Part shown: positions 1 to 9,422 of the stretch, in pieces
How the letters are laid out: each line of letters begins with the position of its first letter
How positions within the stretch are numbered: the stretch's first letter is position 1
Source: Eubacteriales bacterium
Lineage (GTDB): Bacteria > Bacillota > Clostridia > Oscillospirales > CAG-382
Length of the DNA: 64,000 nucleotides
Assembly (NCBI GenBank): GCA_045577455.1
Contig: JAZNIJ010000239.1
Span: 9,886-73,885, forward strand
Direction of reading: 5' to 3'
Notes under the pieces: generated by a model
Seen by the model: only the letters and a program-made list of their open reading frames with translations
Told to the model about the DNA's origin: nothing
The model's database searches: none
Translations under genes and position numbers: made by a program

Positions 1-879
1 AATTCCAAACAAAATTAAGGCAGCGGCAGAAGCAAGACCTTCTTTTCTGGATATATTATCGTAAATATATCCAACCATGGTGTTAAGTCTGTCTTTAGCA
101 CCTGGAGGGCCCATATTCTCCCCGAATATACCAACAATACTTGAATATTCTTTGAATCCACCAATGAAGCCGGTTATAACAACATAGGCAAGCATAGGTG
201 AGAGAAGGGGAACTGTGATTTTAGTGAAAACTCTTCTTCTGGGTGTGCTGTCAACCCTTGCTGCATCGTAATATTGTTTGTTGATGCTTTGGAGACCACC
301 GAGCAAAATAAGAATTTTGAAAGGAAGTGCATTCCAGACTATGTAAACAACCATTACGGTTATATTGGCTGTATAACTTGACCCTGCGTTGATCCAGTTG
401 ATCGGTTCGCCACCGAAGAATTGAATAACATTATTTATAATACCAACGGAGTTGATAGTGTCAGCATTATTGATGTTACCGATTATGTTAAACATAGCTG
501 CAAAAACCATACCAATTGCTATGGAGTTTGTAACATAGGGGAGGAAGAATATAGTTTGCAAAATTCTCTGGAATGGTTTAATTGAATTAAGACAAACCGC
601 AATAAGCAAGGCGATGATTGTTGAAAGGGGAACTGTTAAAAAACAAAGTAAAAGAGTGTTTTTAAGACAGGAAACAAATCCCTTATAAGCAACAACCTTC
701 TGGAAGTTGGAAATACCAAATTGGTAGGTTGTGCCTCCCACAGCGGACATAGAGCTATATCCTTCGAGGAACGCAATTCTTACAGTGTTAATAATCGGCC
801 ATACTGTAAAAACCAACAGCAGAACAATCGCCGGTGATAGATACAGCCATGCCTTCCATTGATGTTTATTTTGTACCAT
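1..879 (-). CDS. Sugar ABC transporter permease (MalF/UgpA-type), 3' part. The gene runs off the window start.
   Basis: The reverse-strand translation from the ATG at 877-879 reads MVQNKHQWKAWLYLSPAIVLLLVFTVWPIIN... It has multiple hydrophobic helices and the layout of binding-protein-dependent transport inner-membrane components. Its start codon sits 3 nt downstream of the ATPase stop (TAA at 883-885). Confidence 0.7.
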   Translation of the reverse strand, partial: MVQNKHQWKAWLYLSPAIVLLLVFTVWPIINTVRIAFLEGYSSMSAVGGTTYQFGISNFQKVVAYKGFVSCLKNTLLLCFLTVPLSTIIALLIAVCLNSIKPFQRILQTIFFLPYVTNSIAIGMVFAAMFNIIGNINNADTINSVGIINNVIQFFGGEPINWINAGSSYTANITVMVVYIVWNALPFKILILLGGLQSINKQYYDAARVDSTPRRRVFTKITVPLLSPMLAYVVITGFIGGFKEYSSIVGIFGENMGPPGAKDRLNTMVGYIYDNISRKEGLASAAALILFGI

Positions 880-882
880 AGT

Positions 883-2040
883 TTACACTCCTGACCCAAA
901 TCCGTCTTCATTTGTATCGGATATCTTTCTTTCGGGGAGGGCTGGGTTTGTGAAATAGATTCTTTCTTCTGTTTCTTTATCGAACAAGAAAACTTTATGT
1001 GGCTTCAGATTGAAGCTGACAACTTCCTTGCTTTCATCGATAACATCAGAATCAACAATGGAACGAATAACGGGGTTTAAAGAAGAAACATGAGTCGAAA
1101 CTATACTTGAATCTCTGCCCATAACTTCAACATTTGAAACATTACAGAACATACATCCATTATCGGAAACAATAAATCCTTCAGGACGGATGCCAACAAA
1201 AACTTCTTTGTCTTCAACACCGCCAACATCAAGAACCGCATCTTCGCCAAGGAACAATTTTCCGCCAACAACTTTTCCGTCGAAAACATTTATAGGAGGA
1301 GTTCCAAGGAATTTAGCAACAAATAAGTTAGCAGGGTCATCGTAAACTTCCTGTGGCTTACCTGTTTGCTGAATAACACCCTTTTTCATAACAACAATTA
1401 TATCGGAAATGCTCATAGCTTCTTCCTGGTCATGAGTTACGAAAATAGTTGTGATTCCTGTTTCACGCTGAATTCTTCTGATTTCTTCACGGGTTTGTAA
1501 ACGAAGTCTTGCATCGAGGTTAGAAAGTGGTTCGTCAAGAAGAAGAACACGGGGCATTTTTACCAAAGCTCTTGCGATAGCAACACGCTGTTGCTGACCA
1601 CCCGACATTTCGTTTGGCTTTCTGTCCAAAAGCTCATCAATCTGAACGAGCTTAGCAACGCTTGTAGCACGCTCAATCATTTGCTGCTTAGACATTTTGT
1701 CTTTACCCTTAAGGTTTTGAAGTGGGAACATAATGTTCTGCATAACCGTCATGTGAGGGTAGAGAGCATAGTTCTGGAAAACAAGACCTATTCCTCTGTC
1801 TTCTGTTGACATGTCAGTGACATCGTCGTCCCCGAAATAGATGCGTCCTGCTGTTGGCTTCTGCAAACCGCTTATCATATAAAGCGTTGTACTTTTACCA
1901 CAGCCGGAAGGCCCGAGCAAACCAACGAGCTTACCGTCGGGAACGGTAAAGGTGAAGTCATTAACCGCAACAACAACTTCCTTAATCTTTTTGTTTCGAT
2001 TAGGGAAAGTCTGTGTGAGATTTTGTAAAACAACTTTCAT
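883..2040 (-). CDS. Sugar ABC transporter ATP-binding protein (MalK/MsmK/UgpC family).
   Basis: 385 aa. Walker A GPSGCGKST, ABC signature LSGGQQQR, Walker B LLLDEPLSNLD. It has the C-terminal TOBE-like regulatory domain typical of MalK. An AAGGTAGG ribosome-binding site lies upstream on the minus strand. Confidence 0.85.
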   Translation of the reverse strand: MKVVLQNLTQTFPNRNKKIKEVVVAVNDFTFTVPDGKLVGLLGPSGCGKSTTLYMISGLQKPTAGRIYFGDDDVTDMSTEDRGIGLVFQNYALYPHMTVMQNIMFPLQNLKGKDKMSKQQMIERATSVAKLVQIDELLDRKPNEMSGGQQQRVAIARALVKMPRVLLLDEPLSNLDARLRLQTREEIRRIQRETGITTIFVTHDQEEAMSISDIIVVMKKGVIQQTGKPQEVYDDPANLFVAKFLGTPPINVFDGKVVGGKLFLGEDAVLDVGGVEDKEVFVGIRPEGFIVSDNGCMFCNVSNVEVMGRDSSIVSTHVSSLNPVIRSIVDSDVIDESKEVVSFNLKPHKVFLFDKETEERIYFTNPALPERKISDTNEDGFGSGV

Positions 2041-2114
2041 AATTAACCTACCTTTTTTATTTATATTTATTTTTTTAAAAATAAAATGCGCTTCATGTAC
2101 AGGAAAAAACGGGT

Positions 2115-2876
2115 TTAGTATTTTTCGCTATCAACCTGTTCTTTGTGATGCTTTTTAATATATTCAACCATTGCTTCTTCTGTATCGAAGATGAGCTGAC
2201 TTGACATATCAATAACAACGGTATCTGACAAAATATCATGAATAACGCTGTTATTGGAAGTGAAAATAAGAAGACAAATCTGTAAAAGGAGAATCAAGCC
2301 CAAAACAGCAGTTCCAACAATTCCTAATATACCTGAAAATATCATTATAACAAGGAGAACAGGAACCATCGCTTCAATTGTACATTTCCCCAAAACGCTT
2401 CTTATAAACAAATTCTGGTTTGATATTTTAACATGGTTTGACCTCATAACACCGAGAGCGAAAACTTTTTTTCCTATTGTCTGACCGTTTCCAAAATACA
2501 TAGGAATCAAAAATTCTGCAATTATATGGGCGAGGAGTATACTCAAAGATATTATGGTAAGTATAAGACTTATAATAATATTCCATGCTTTTTTCGCTTC
2601 ATCATCATTGATATATGCTTCTTCTGCTTTGGAATAATTGTCTTTCTCTTTTTGAGTCAGTTTTTCGTAATCCTCTTGTTTTATCTCAAAATCAACACCG
2701 TACTCTGCCTCAATTGCCTCTTGCCTTCTCTCAAGAGTATCATTATAATTATCATACCCGAACAAAGTTGAAAACAATGTGGCAAAACCCGTTATGCAAA
2801 TAACAAGCACAATGAAATCAAGAATATAAGCAGAAATGCGTTTTAAAATACTTGCTTTTTGCAGATAAAGTTTCAT
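2115..2876 (-). CDS. RDD-family integral membrane protein.
   Basis: The ORF is 2115..2915. The likely start is the internal Met that gives MKLYLQKASILKRISAYILDFIVLVI... It has three or four TM helices and an RDD-like N-terminus. Confidence 0.55.
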   Translation of the reverse strand: MKLYLQKASILKRISAYILDFIVLVICITGFATLFSTLFGYDNYNDTLERRQEAIEAEYGVDFEIKQEDYEKLTQKEKDNYSKAEEAYINDDEAKKAWNIIISLILTIISLSILLAHIIAEFLIPMYFGNGQTIGKKVFALGVMRSNHVKISNQNLFIRSVLGKCTIEAMVPVLLVIMIFSGILGIVGTAVLGLILLLQICLLIFTSNNSVIHDILSDTVVIDMSSQLIFDTEEAMVEYIKKHHKEQVDSEKY

Positions 2877-3300
2877 GTTAATTCCTTTCATACTAAAATG
2901 TGTAAAACACCACATACTATTAACTATGAGTATTCTACCATAAAATCTTTGAAATGTCTACCCTTTTTTTACAAATTCCTCAAATTTTTTCTATAAATTT
3001 TTTCTTTGAAATATGTTGATTTTTCCGCATAAATACAGGAGTAGAATTTACACTGAGTTTATGTGCCATCAAGAAATCATTGACGGAATTTCAAAATGAA
3101 GTAATTCAGAATACAGCAAGGTAATATCATTTGTGAAAATATATCCTGAAAAATGTTTTTCCATACAATTTACTAAAGAAAGGTGAACCTTTTCTTTAAA
3201 AAAGCTCACCTTTTAAAAGCGTTTTATTTTCGGAAAGTGTTTTGAGTATTTTGTCCTGAAGATATTATTGCTGACTTTGCTCATATAAAAATTCATTTAA

Positions 3301-4692
3301 TTATTGTATTTTAATTTCCTGTGCTGGGGCAAGAGGTAAACCAAATTCATTCCGAATAAAAGCAACACCATCGGGAATTACATTGAATTGGAGATAACGA
3401 AGGGTTTGGGGTTTATAGCCATTGTATGCAATTATTAAGCTCGTACCTTGTATTTCGGCTTTTGTCTTATGCCATTCATTATTTTCCAAAACCTCAAATC
3501 CGTATGGTTCACCCTTTGAGTATGTAAGTTTTTTTGCATTTTTGATTGTGAGATATATTTTACCATCTTTCCAAACTGCATTTTCAATTGAAGGAGAAAT
3601 TCCATAGGGAATACCTTCTTCGGGTGCTGGAAGATGAAGTATTTTTTCTGCAACAACACCTGCTGCTCGTTTGCCAACATCCCATTTATCTGTGGGATGC
3701 AATCCATCATGCTCCAAGGCAACGCTGTGGGGAGTTATATTTGAACCAAGGTCAATACCGCAAACAGTATAAACATTTGGAATTTCCATCAAATCCCATT
3801 GTGCTTGACGCATATTTGTCCAACAGCACCACTGTTCATATTGAACTATTTGCATCAGAACAATTGGTAAGTTTTCATCCTTTGTTGCTGTTTGAACTTC
3901 CTTGCGGAAAACTCTGAATTGTTTTTTGTAATCTTCAGCCATATGAGGTTGAGCATTGGCACAGCCCTGATACCAGAAAAGTCCGCCAAAGGTATAACCG
4001 TATATGTTGTGTAACATTCCATTGTAAAATATACTGTTTTTATTTTCAAAAAACGAATTCAACTCAGCCATTCCACATGGCGAAATCCAGCTTTCAATTG
4101 GGGACGCACCAACTGAACAGTTAAGAACCCCAACAGGAACATCATCATTAAGAATATGTGAGAGGTTAGAGGCGAAAGCAATAGCAGAAGCGCTTGAATC
4201 AAGCACATCATCAAAGCTACCAACAGTTTGCCATTTCTCCGTTTGTTCTCTTTCAATAATTGGTTGCTCTGTTTCTTTATAATTACGGCTGTATATCCTT
4301 ATGTTGTTCCAATTTTCAAATTCGCAAAACTCGTTTTTAACATTCTGATTTTTGCTCTGAATGTATTGGATTGTAACCTCCATATTGGATTGTCCGCTAC
4401 AAAGCCAAACTTCTCCAACAACAACATTTTGAAAAGCAACAGTTTTATCTTTGTAAATAACTTCAAGGGTTTTACCTGTTTTATCTTTGGTCATAGGGGA
4501 GAGCCAGACTTCCCATCCGTTTTCTTCAATTGTTCCTCTGTATATGTTTTCACCGAATTTAACAGTAACTTGTTCGCCAACATTACCGCCATATCCAAAT
4601 ATTCTAACGGCTTTGTCTCTTTGAAGTACCATATTGTCTGAAAAAGTTGTGTTTATAAAAAACTCTTTTTCTGTTGAGTTTAACTTTTGCAT
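3301..4692 (-). CDS. SASA-family carbohydrate esterase (annotated sialate O-acetylesterase in many genomes; may equally be an acetyl-xylan-type esterase).
   Basis: 463 aa. It has the hallmark N-terminal FSDNMVLQRD motif and the catalytic-region motif GEVWLCSGQSNME. No signal peptide, so probably cytoplasmic. Confidence 0.7.
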   Translation of the reverse strand: MQKLNSTEKEFFINTTFSDNMVLQRDKAVRIFGYGGNVGEQVTVKFGENIYRGTIEENGWEVWLSPMTKDKTGKTLEVIYKDKTVAFQNVVVGEVWLCSGQSNMEVTIQYIQSKNQNVKNEFCEFENWNNIRIYSRNYKETEQPIIEREQTEKWQTVGSFDDVLDSSASAIAFASNLSHILNDDVPVGVLNCSVGASPIESWISPCGMAELNSFFENKNSIFYNGMLHNIYGYTFGGLFWYQGCANAQPHMAEDYKKQFRVFRKEVQTATKDENLPIVLMQIVQYEQWCCWTNMRQAQWDLMEIPNVYTVCGIDLGSNITPHSVALEHDGLHPTDKWDVGKRAAGVVAEKILHLPAPEEGIPYGISPSIENAVWKDGKIYLTIKNAKKLTYSKGEPYGFEVLENNEWHKTKAEIQGTSLIIAYNGYKPQTLRYLQFNVIPDGVAFIRNEFGLPLAPAQEIKIQ

Positions 4693-4942
4693 ATTAAAGC
4701 TCCTTCGGTATGTTTATGTATCTATTTTTTGAATGTAATTTATGCTAACTGTACAGATTATACCATATTTTTGGAGTGTTTGCAATATAAAAACAAATAT
4801 GAATCAGCAATAGTATTTTTCATATCTCAAATGCCAAAAAGAAAAATTTCAAAAAAAGTATATTTTTTTTAAGGATTTTACCAATGTTCAGTTGTATAAT
4901 AAGCAGAAGGGCATACATTTAACTATTTTGGGAGGTAAAAAT

Positions 4943-5494
4943 ATGGATAACGGTGCAAGTAGCTACCGCCGTTTTCTTGATGGAGATGAAAGTGCCTTTG
5001 ATGAAATAATGAATGAATTGTTTGATAAGCTGGTTTTCTTTATAGACCGTTATGTTAAGGACATTCAATCTGCTGAAGATATTGCAATTGATGTGTTTTC
5101 AGACCTTATTGTAAACAAGCATAAATATAATTTTAAGGTTGAGCTGAAAACCTATTTGTTTATGCTTGGTCGAAGCCGTGCCTTGAATTATTTAAAGCAC
5201 AGAAAAATTATAAATTTTGTTGAGATTAACGAAGCAGAAAATCTATCATCCGAATATTGCGAAATTGAGCGAATCGTTCTTGAAGATGAGCGAAAGAAAA
5301 TTGTTAATAATGCTCTTAATTCGTTGCCCGACGATATGCGTATCGTTGTTCACCTGATTTATTTTGAAGGACTGTCTTACGAAGAAGCAGCAAAGGTTAT
5401 GAAGAAAAACAAAAAGCAAATCGACAATCTATTATATCGTGCAAAAAAGGAACTTTTCGTCATTCTCGGAAAGGATGGTGAGCAATTATTATGA
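4943..5494 (+). CDS. ECF-family RNA polymerase sigma factor.
   Basis: The start ATG at 4943 follows GGGAGG. Sigma-70 region 2 (..YLFMLGRSRALNYLKHRK) and region 4 (LPDDMRIVVHLIYFEGLSYEEAAKVMKKNKKQIDNLLYRAKKEL) are recognisable. Its stop overlaps the next gene (ATGA). Confidence 0.8.
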   Translation: MDNGASSYRRFLDGDESAFDEIMNELFDKLVFFIDRYVKDIQSAEDIAIDVFSDLIVNKHKYNFKVELKTYLFMLGRSRALNYLKHRKIINFVEINEAENLSSEYCEIERIVLEDERKKIVNNALNSLPDDMRIVVHLIYFEGLSYEEAAKVMKKNKKQIDNLLYRAKKELFVILGKDGEQLL

Positions 5495-6282
5495 TGAATT
5501 TTGAAGAAAGAAAAGCGGAAATATTTCGTCGCAGTAACAACAGAATTATAGAACGAAGAAAAAAACGTCGCAGAGCTTTGGGAGTTTGTATCCCACTGTG
5601 CCTGATACTGATTGCCGTATCTGTAAAAACCGTTTTTTCCATTGTAAAAGATGATTTGCAGAAGGTGGAAAGCCCTGCTGATACAGACGAATCAAATTTG
5701 TTTTATGGCAATGCTGAGGATGGCGTTTCCGCAAATGAAAATCCGGATCATAATTACGGCTATGATGGGGTAATTAAAGATAACACAGATGTTTCTGATT
5801 ATGATTACGGATATAAGGGTGACCAAGACGGTAGCGAAAACAAAACGGATATACCGAAGAATTTCTCTTTTTCCTTAACGTGGAATGTTAACGGTTGCAG
5901 CTCATATAACTGTGAAACAGGGGAGCTGATAAAATTCAAATCTGCAAAAGAGCCAAAGGATTATACAGCCCAACTTTATCTTTCGGATGAGCAGAAAATA
6001 AAAATATGGAATCTTTTATGCGATTTGAATATAGACGAATATCCAAAGGAATATGACCCACACGGAGGAACATTTGGCTCAGACCCTTCAATGACTTTGA
6101 TTCTTACTGTTAAATACGGAAGCTATGAAAAAACTGTAACAGCAGAGAACATTGCGTTGTCATTCAACGCCAAAAATACAAAGGGACAGAAATTCTTAGA
6201 TGTATGTAAGGGAATTAAAGATATATTAACTTCAACAGATGAGTGGAAGTCACTTCCCGAATATGAATATTACTTTAAGTAA
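5491..6282 (+). CDS. Single-pass membrane protein co-transcribed with the ECF sigma factor; a putative anti-sigma factor.
   Basis: About 30 basic cytoplasmic residues (RRKKRRRALG), then one TM helix (VCIPLCLILIAVSV), then an extracytoplasmic domain of roughly 215 aa. It is translationally coupled to the sigma gene. There is no zinc-binding anti-sigma motif, so the anti-sigma role is inferred from context only. Confidence 0.5.
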   Translation: MMNFEERKAEIFRRSNNRIIERRKKRRRALGVCIPLCLILIAVSVKTVFSIVKDDLQKVESPADTDESNLFYGNAEDGVSANENPDHNYGYDGVIKDNTDVSDYDYGYKGDQDGSENKTDIPKNFSFSLTWNVNGCSSYNCETGELIKFKSAKEPKDYTAQLYLSDEQKIKIWNLLCDLNIDEYPKEYDPHGGTFGSDPSMTLILTVKYGSYEKTVTAENIALSFNAKNTKGQKFLDVCKGIKDILTSTDEWKSLPEYEYYFK

Positions 6283-6296
6283 AAGGGGAAAAGAAA

Positions 6297-7568
6297 ATGA
6301 AAAAAACATCAATCAATTTAACTTTTATAAGCATATTTCTTCTATTGGCTATGATATTCAATATCAGTGGGTGCACAGCAGAGAATAAACCCAAAAGTGA
6401 AGCAAAAGATTTAACGGAGAGCATAACGCCTTCAGAGATAAATGTATCGGGTGAATTCTCGTCTGACAATTCTCGTATTACCGATTTTGCTGTTCGTTTG
6501 TTTAAAGCGAGCGAAAGCGAGGGGAACAATACGTTGATTTCTCCCTTGTCGGTACTTTGCGCCTTGTCAATGACGGCAAATGGTGCAAAAGAGGAAACTT
6601 TAGAGCAGATGGAAAGAGTTCTCGGTTTGCCGATTGATAAGTTGAATCAGTATATTTACAATTATTTGAAAAACCTTCCGCAAAACGAAAAATATAAGCT
6701 TTCCCTTGCAAATTCCATCTGGTTTACCGATGATGACCGTTTTACGGTTAACAATGATTTTTTGCAAACAAACACGGATTATTACGGAGCAAATATATTT
6801 AAAGCCCCTTTTAACGAAGCAACAAAGAATGATATCAACAATTGGGTAAACGAAAAAACAGATGAAATGATTTCCGAAATTCTTGATGATATATCGCCTG
6901 ATGCTGTTATGTATCTTGTTAATGCACTTGCTTTTGAAGCGGAGTGGATGGAAATATACGAGGAAAAACAGATAAGAGAGGGTAAATTCACAAAAGAAGA
7001 CGGTACAGAGCAAAATGCAACGTTTATGAATGGGTCGGAAAACATCTATTTAGAAGACGGAAATGCAACAGGGTTTATGAAGAAATACAAAGGCGGAAAA
7101 TACGCATTTGTTGCATTGCTTCCAAATGAAGGAATAAGCGTTTCGGAATATATTGGGTCTATTAACGGTGAAGCTCTCAGTTCCTTGCTTTCAAATCCAC
7201 AGTATACAACTGTTAAAACTTCAATTCCAAAGTTTGAAACAGAATACAGTGTGGAAATGTCGGCCATTCTTTCATCAATGGGGATGCCTGATGCGTTTGA
7301 TCCCGAAAAGGCAAATTTTAAAGGGCTTGGAACTTCTACAGCGGGAAATATCTATATCAGCAGGGTTATTCATAAAACCTTTATCTCTGTTGGTGAAAGA
7401 GGGACAAAGGCAGGAGCGGCAACAGCAGTTGAAATGAAGGATTACGGTATGGCTGAAACCGATAAACCAAAACAAGTATACCTTAACAGACCCTTTGTTT
7501 TTATGATTGTCGACTGCGAAAACAATATTCCGTTCTTCATTGGAACGATGATGGATATTGAAAAATAA
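6297..7568 (+). CDS. Serpin (serine protease inhibitor) lipoprotein.
   Basis: Lipoprotein signal FLLLAMIFNISGC. Serpin N-terminal core ISPLSVLCALSMTANGAKEETLEQM. Inhibitory hinge/RCL GTKAGAATAVEMKDYGMAE followed by NRPFVFMIVD. It lies 14 nt downstream of the membrane protein gene. Confidence 0.85.
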   Translation: MKKTSINLTFISIFLLLAMIFNISGCTAENKPKSEAKDLTESITPSEINVSGEFSSDNSRITDFAVRLFKASESEGNNTLISPLSVLCALSMTANGAKEETLEQMERVLGLPIDKLNQYIYNYLKNLPQNEKYKLSLANSIWFTDDDRFTVNNDFLQTNTDYYGANIFKAPFNEATKNDINNWVNEKTDEMISEILDDISPDAVMYLVNALAFEAEWMEIYEEKQIREGKFTKEDGTEQNATFMNGSENIYLEDGNATGFMKKYKGGKYAFVALLPNEGISVSEYIGSINGEALSSLLSNPQYTTVKTSIPKFETEYSVEMSAILSSMGMPDAFDPEKANFKGLGTSTAGNIYISRVIHKTFISVGERGTKAGAATAVEMKDYGMAETDKPKQVYLNRPFVFMIVDCENNIPFFIGTMMDIEK

Positions 7569-7586
7569 GTTTTTTTCAAAAAGGTA

Positions 7587-7615
7587 TTGATTTTTCTGAT
7601 ACAGTGGTATATAAT
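7587..7615 (+). promoter_or_regulatory. Sigma-A type promoter (TTGATT-17nt-TATAAT) for the thi operon leader.
   Basis: TTGATT at 7587-7592, a 17-nt spacer, TATAAT at 7610-7615. It sits immediately upstream of the thi-box. Confidence 0.5.
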
Positions 7616-7627
7616 GCACTTGTAAAT

Positions 7628-7728
7628 TGAATATACGGGAGCTCGTATACGGGCTGAGAGGAAGGTGCGACCTTCGACCGAGAACCTGATTTGGATAATG
7701 CCAACGTAGGGATGCCTGATAGAGGGAT
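7628..7728 (+). promoter_or_regulatory. TPP (thi-box) riboswitch.
   Basis: Contains GGGCTGAGAGG...ACCTGATTTGGATAATGCCAACGTAGGGA, matching the conserved CUGAGA and ACCUGAUCUGGAUAAUGCCAGCGUAGGGA cores of the THI element. It lies between a promoter and an intrinsic terminator, upstream of thiS. Confidence 0.8.
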
Positions 7729-7750
7729 ATTGGGAAGGATGTTTTATCAA

Positions 7751-7782
7751 GGAAGTTACCAAATCGGTAGCTTCCTTTTTTG
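7751..7782 (+). terminator. Intrinsic terminator/attenuator forming the expression platform of the TPP riboswitch.
   Basis: GGAAGTTACC-AAATC-GGTAGCTTCC followed by TTTTTT. The thiS ribosome-binding site AAGGAGG lies just after it. Confidence 0.65.
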
Positions 7783-7803
7783 CGTTTTAAAGGAGGTGTT
7801 TAT

Positions 7804-7998
7804 ATGGTAAAAATCAATGGCAAAGAGCTTAACATCGGTGTAAAAACAATTTCAGAGTATGTTTTGGAGGCACAGTACGATATAAATCGTATTGCCGTAG
7901 AACAAAACGGACATATTGTTCCAAAGAAAATGTATAACGAAACAATTATTAAAGATGGCGATGTTTTGGAGATTGTCAGCTTTGTTGGAGGTGGTTGA
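7804..7998 (+). CDS. thiS: Sulfur carrier protein ThiS.
   Basis: 64 aa from MVKINGKEL, ending ..IVSFVGGG. The C-terminal Gly-Gly is present, as is a beta-grasp-size product, in the thiazole operon context. Confidence 0.8.
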   Translation: MVKINGKELNIGVKTISEYVLEAQYDINRIAVEQNGHIVPKKMYNETIIKDGDVLEIVSFVGGG

Positions 7999-7999
7999 T

Positions 8000-8632
8000 T
8001 TGATTCCAACTAAAGAAGAATGGAACAATGCTTTATCGGAACGGTATGGCGAAGAAAAGCAAAAACGCTTTGCGGAAGCAACGGTTGCAATTTGTGGACT
8101 TGGAGGACTTGGCTCTGCAATCTCCCTTATTCTTGCAAGGGCAGGTGTTGGAAAATTGATACTTATTGATTTTGATAAGGTTGATATTACCAACATACAT
8201 CGACAGCAGTATAAGGCGTTTCAAATCGGAATGGAAAAAACAGTGGCAATGAAAGAAAATTTAATGGAGATATCCCCATATACTGAAGTTGAAATACATA
8301 CAGTTTGCATCAACGAGGAAAATGCAGTTTCGCTTTTACAAAACGCAGATATTATTTGCGAAGCGTTTGACAACGCTGAAAATAAAGCAATGCTAACAAA
8401 TATTGTCCTCGAAAGAATGCCTGAAAAATTTCTAATAACTGCATCCGGAATGGCAGGTATGGGAAGTGGCAACGCAATTAAAACAAGAAGGGCATTAAAA
8501 AAGTTATATGTTTGCGGTGATGAGCAAAGCGATGTGGAAAAAGAAGGGCTTATTTCTTCAAGAGTTATGATTTGTGCCGCACATCAGGCGCATATGGCTC
8601 TCAGGATTATTTCAGAACAATACAATAGTTAA
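8000..8632 (+). CDS. thiF: ThiS adenylyltransferase ThiF (E1-like). The start codon is uncertain: TTG at 8000 or GTG at 7991.
   Basis: Nucleotide-binding motif [30 protein letters not shown]. There is no in-frame ATG near the 5' end, and the ORF overlaps or abuts the thiS stop. Confidence 0.7.
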   Translation: MIPTKEEWNNALSERYGEEKQKRFAEATVAICGLGGLGSAISLILARAGVGKLILIDFDKVDITNIHRQQYKAFQIGMEKTVAMKENLMEISPYTEVEIHTVCINEENAVSLLQNADIICEAFDNAENKAMLTNIVLERMPEKFLITASGMAGMGSGNAIKTRRALKKLYVCGDEQSDVEKEGLISSRVMICAAHQAHMALRIISEQYNS

Positions 8633-8645
8633 GAAAGGAAAAAAG

Positions 8646-9413
8646 ATGAAAGATAAACTAATAATCGGAGGACGGGAATTTAGTTCTCGTTTTATACTTG
8701 GCTCAGGCAAATATTCAATGAAACTGATAGAATCTGCAATAAAGGATGCAGGTGCAGAAATTATAACTCTTGCAGTTCGCAGAGCAAATACTAAAGAGAA
8801 TGAAAATATTTTAGATTATATTCCAAAGGGAGTAACCTTGCTTCCAAACACAAGCGGCGCAAGAAATGCAGATGAGGCAGTGCGTATAGCTCGCCTCGCA
8901 AGGGAGATGGGATGCGGTGATTTTGTTAAAGTTGAAATTATGAGAGATTCAAAATATTTGCTTCCCGATAATTCGGAAACGGTTAAAGCAACTGAAATCT
9001 TATCAAACGAGGGATTTTTGGTTATGCCGTATATGTACCCCGACCTTAATATTGCAAGAGACTTAGTTAATGCAGGTGCAGTAAGCGTTATGCCACTTGC
9101 TTCACCAATTGGTTCAAATAAAGGTCTTTCAACAAAGGATTTTATTCAGATTCTTATTGATGAAATTGATTTACCAATCATAGTTGATGCAGGTATTGGT
9201 AAACCATCTCAGGCGTGCGAAGCAATGGAAATGGGAGCAGCGGCAATAATGGCAAACACCGCCCTCGCAACCGCAGGTAACTTGCCTATGATGGCGCAAG
9301 CGTTTAAAAACGCAATTGATGCAGGCAGAAAAGCATATCTTGCAGGGCTTGGAAGAGTTCTCTCCAGAGGAGCGTCTTCTTCTGACCCATTAACAGGGTT
9401 TCTTCGTGATTGA
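8646..9413 (+). CDS. thiG: Thiazole synthase ThiG.
   Basis: [23 protein letters not shown].., a TIM-barrel ThiG family with typical length and motifs. AGGAAAAAAG precedes the ATG. Confidence 0.9.
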   Translation: MKDKLIIGGREFSSRFILGSGKYSMKLIESAIKDAGAEIITLAVRRANTKENENILDYIPKGVTLLPNTSGARNADEAVRIARLAREMGCGDFVKVEIMRDSKYLLPDNSETVKATEILSNEGFLVMPYMYPDLNIARDLVNAGAVSVMPLASPIGSNKGLSTKDFIQILIDEIDLPIIVDAGIGKPSQACEAMEMGAAAIMANTALATAGNLPMMAQAFKNAIDAGRKAYLAGLGRVLSRGASSSDPLTGFLRD

Positions 9414-9422
9414 GAGGGAGTT

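Noticed and set aside
2916-3300. A regulatory RNA or riboswitch between the RDD gene and the esterase.
   Set aside because: Only an 8-bp imperfect hairpin (AAAGGTGA...TCACCTTT) and A/T-rich sequence are present. There is no recognisable conserved riboswitch core.
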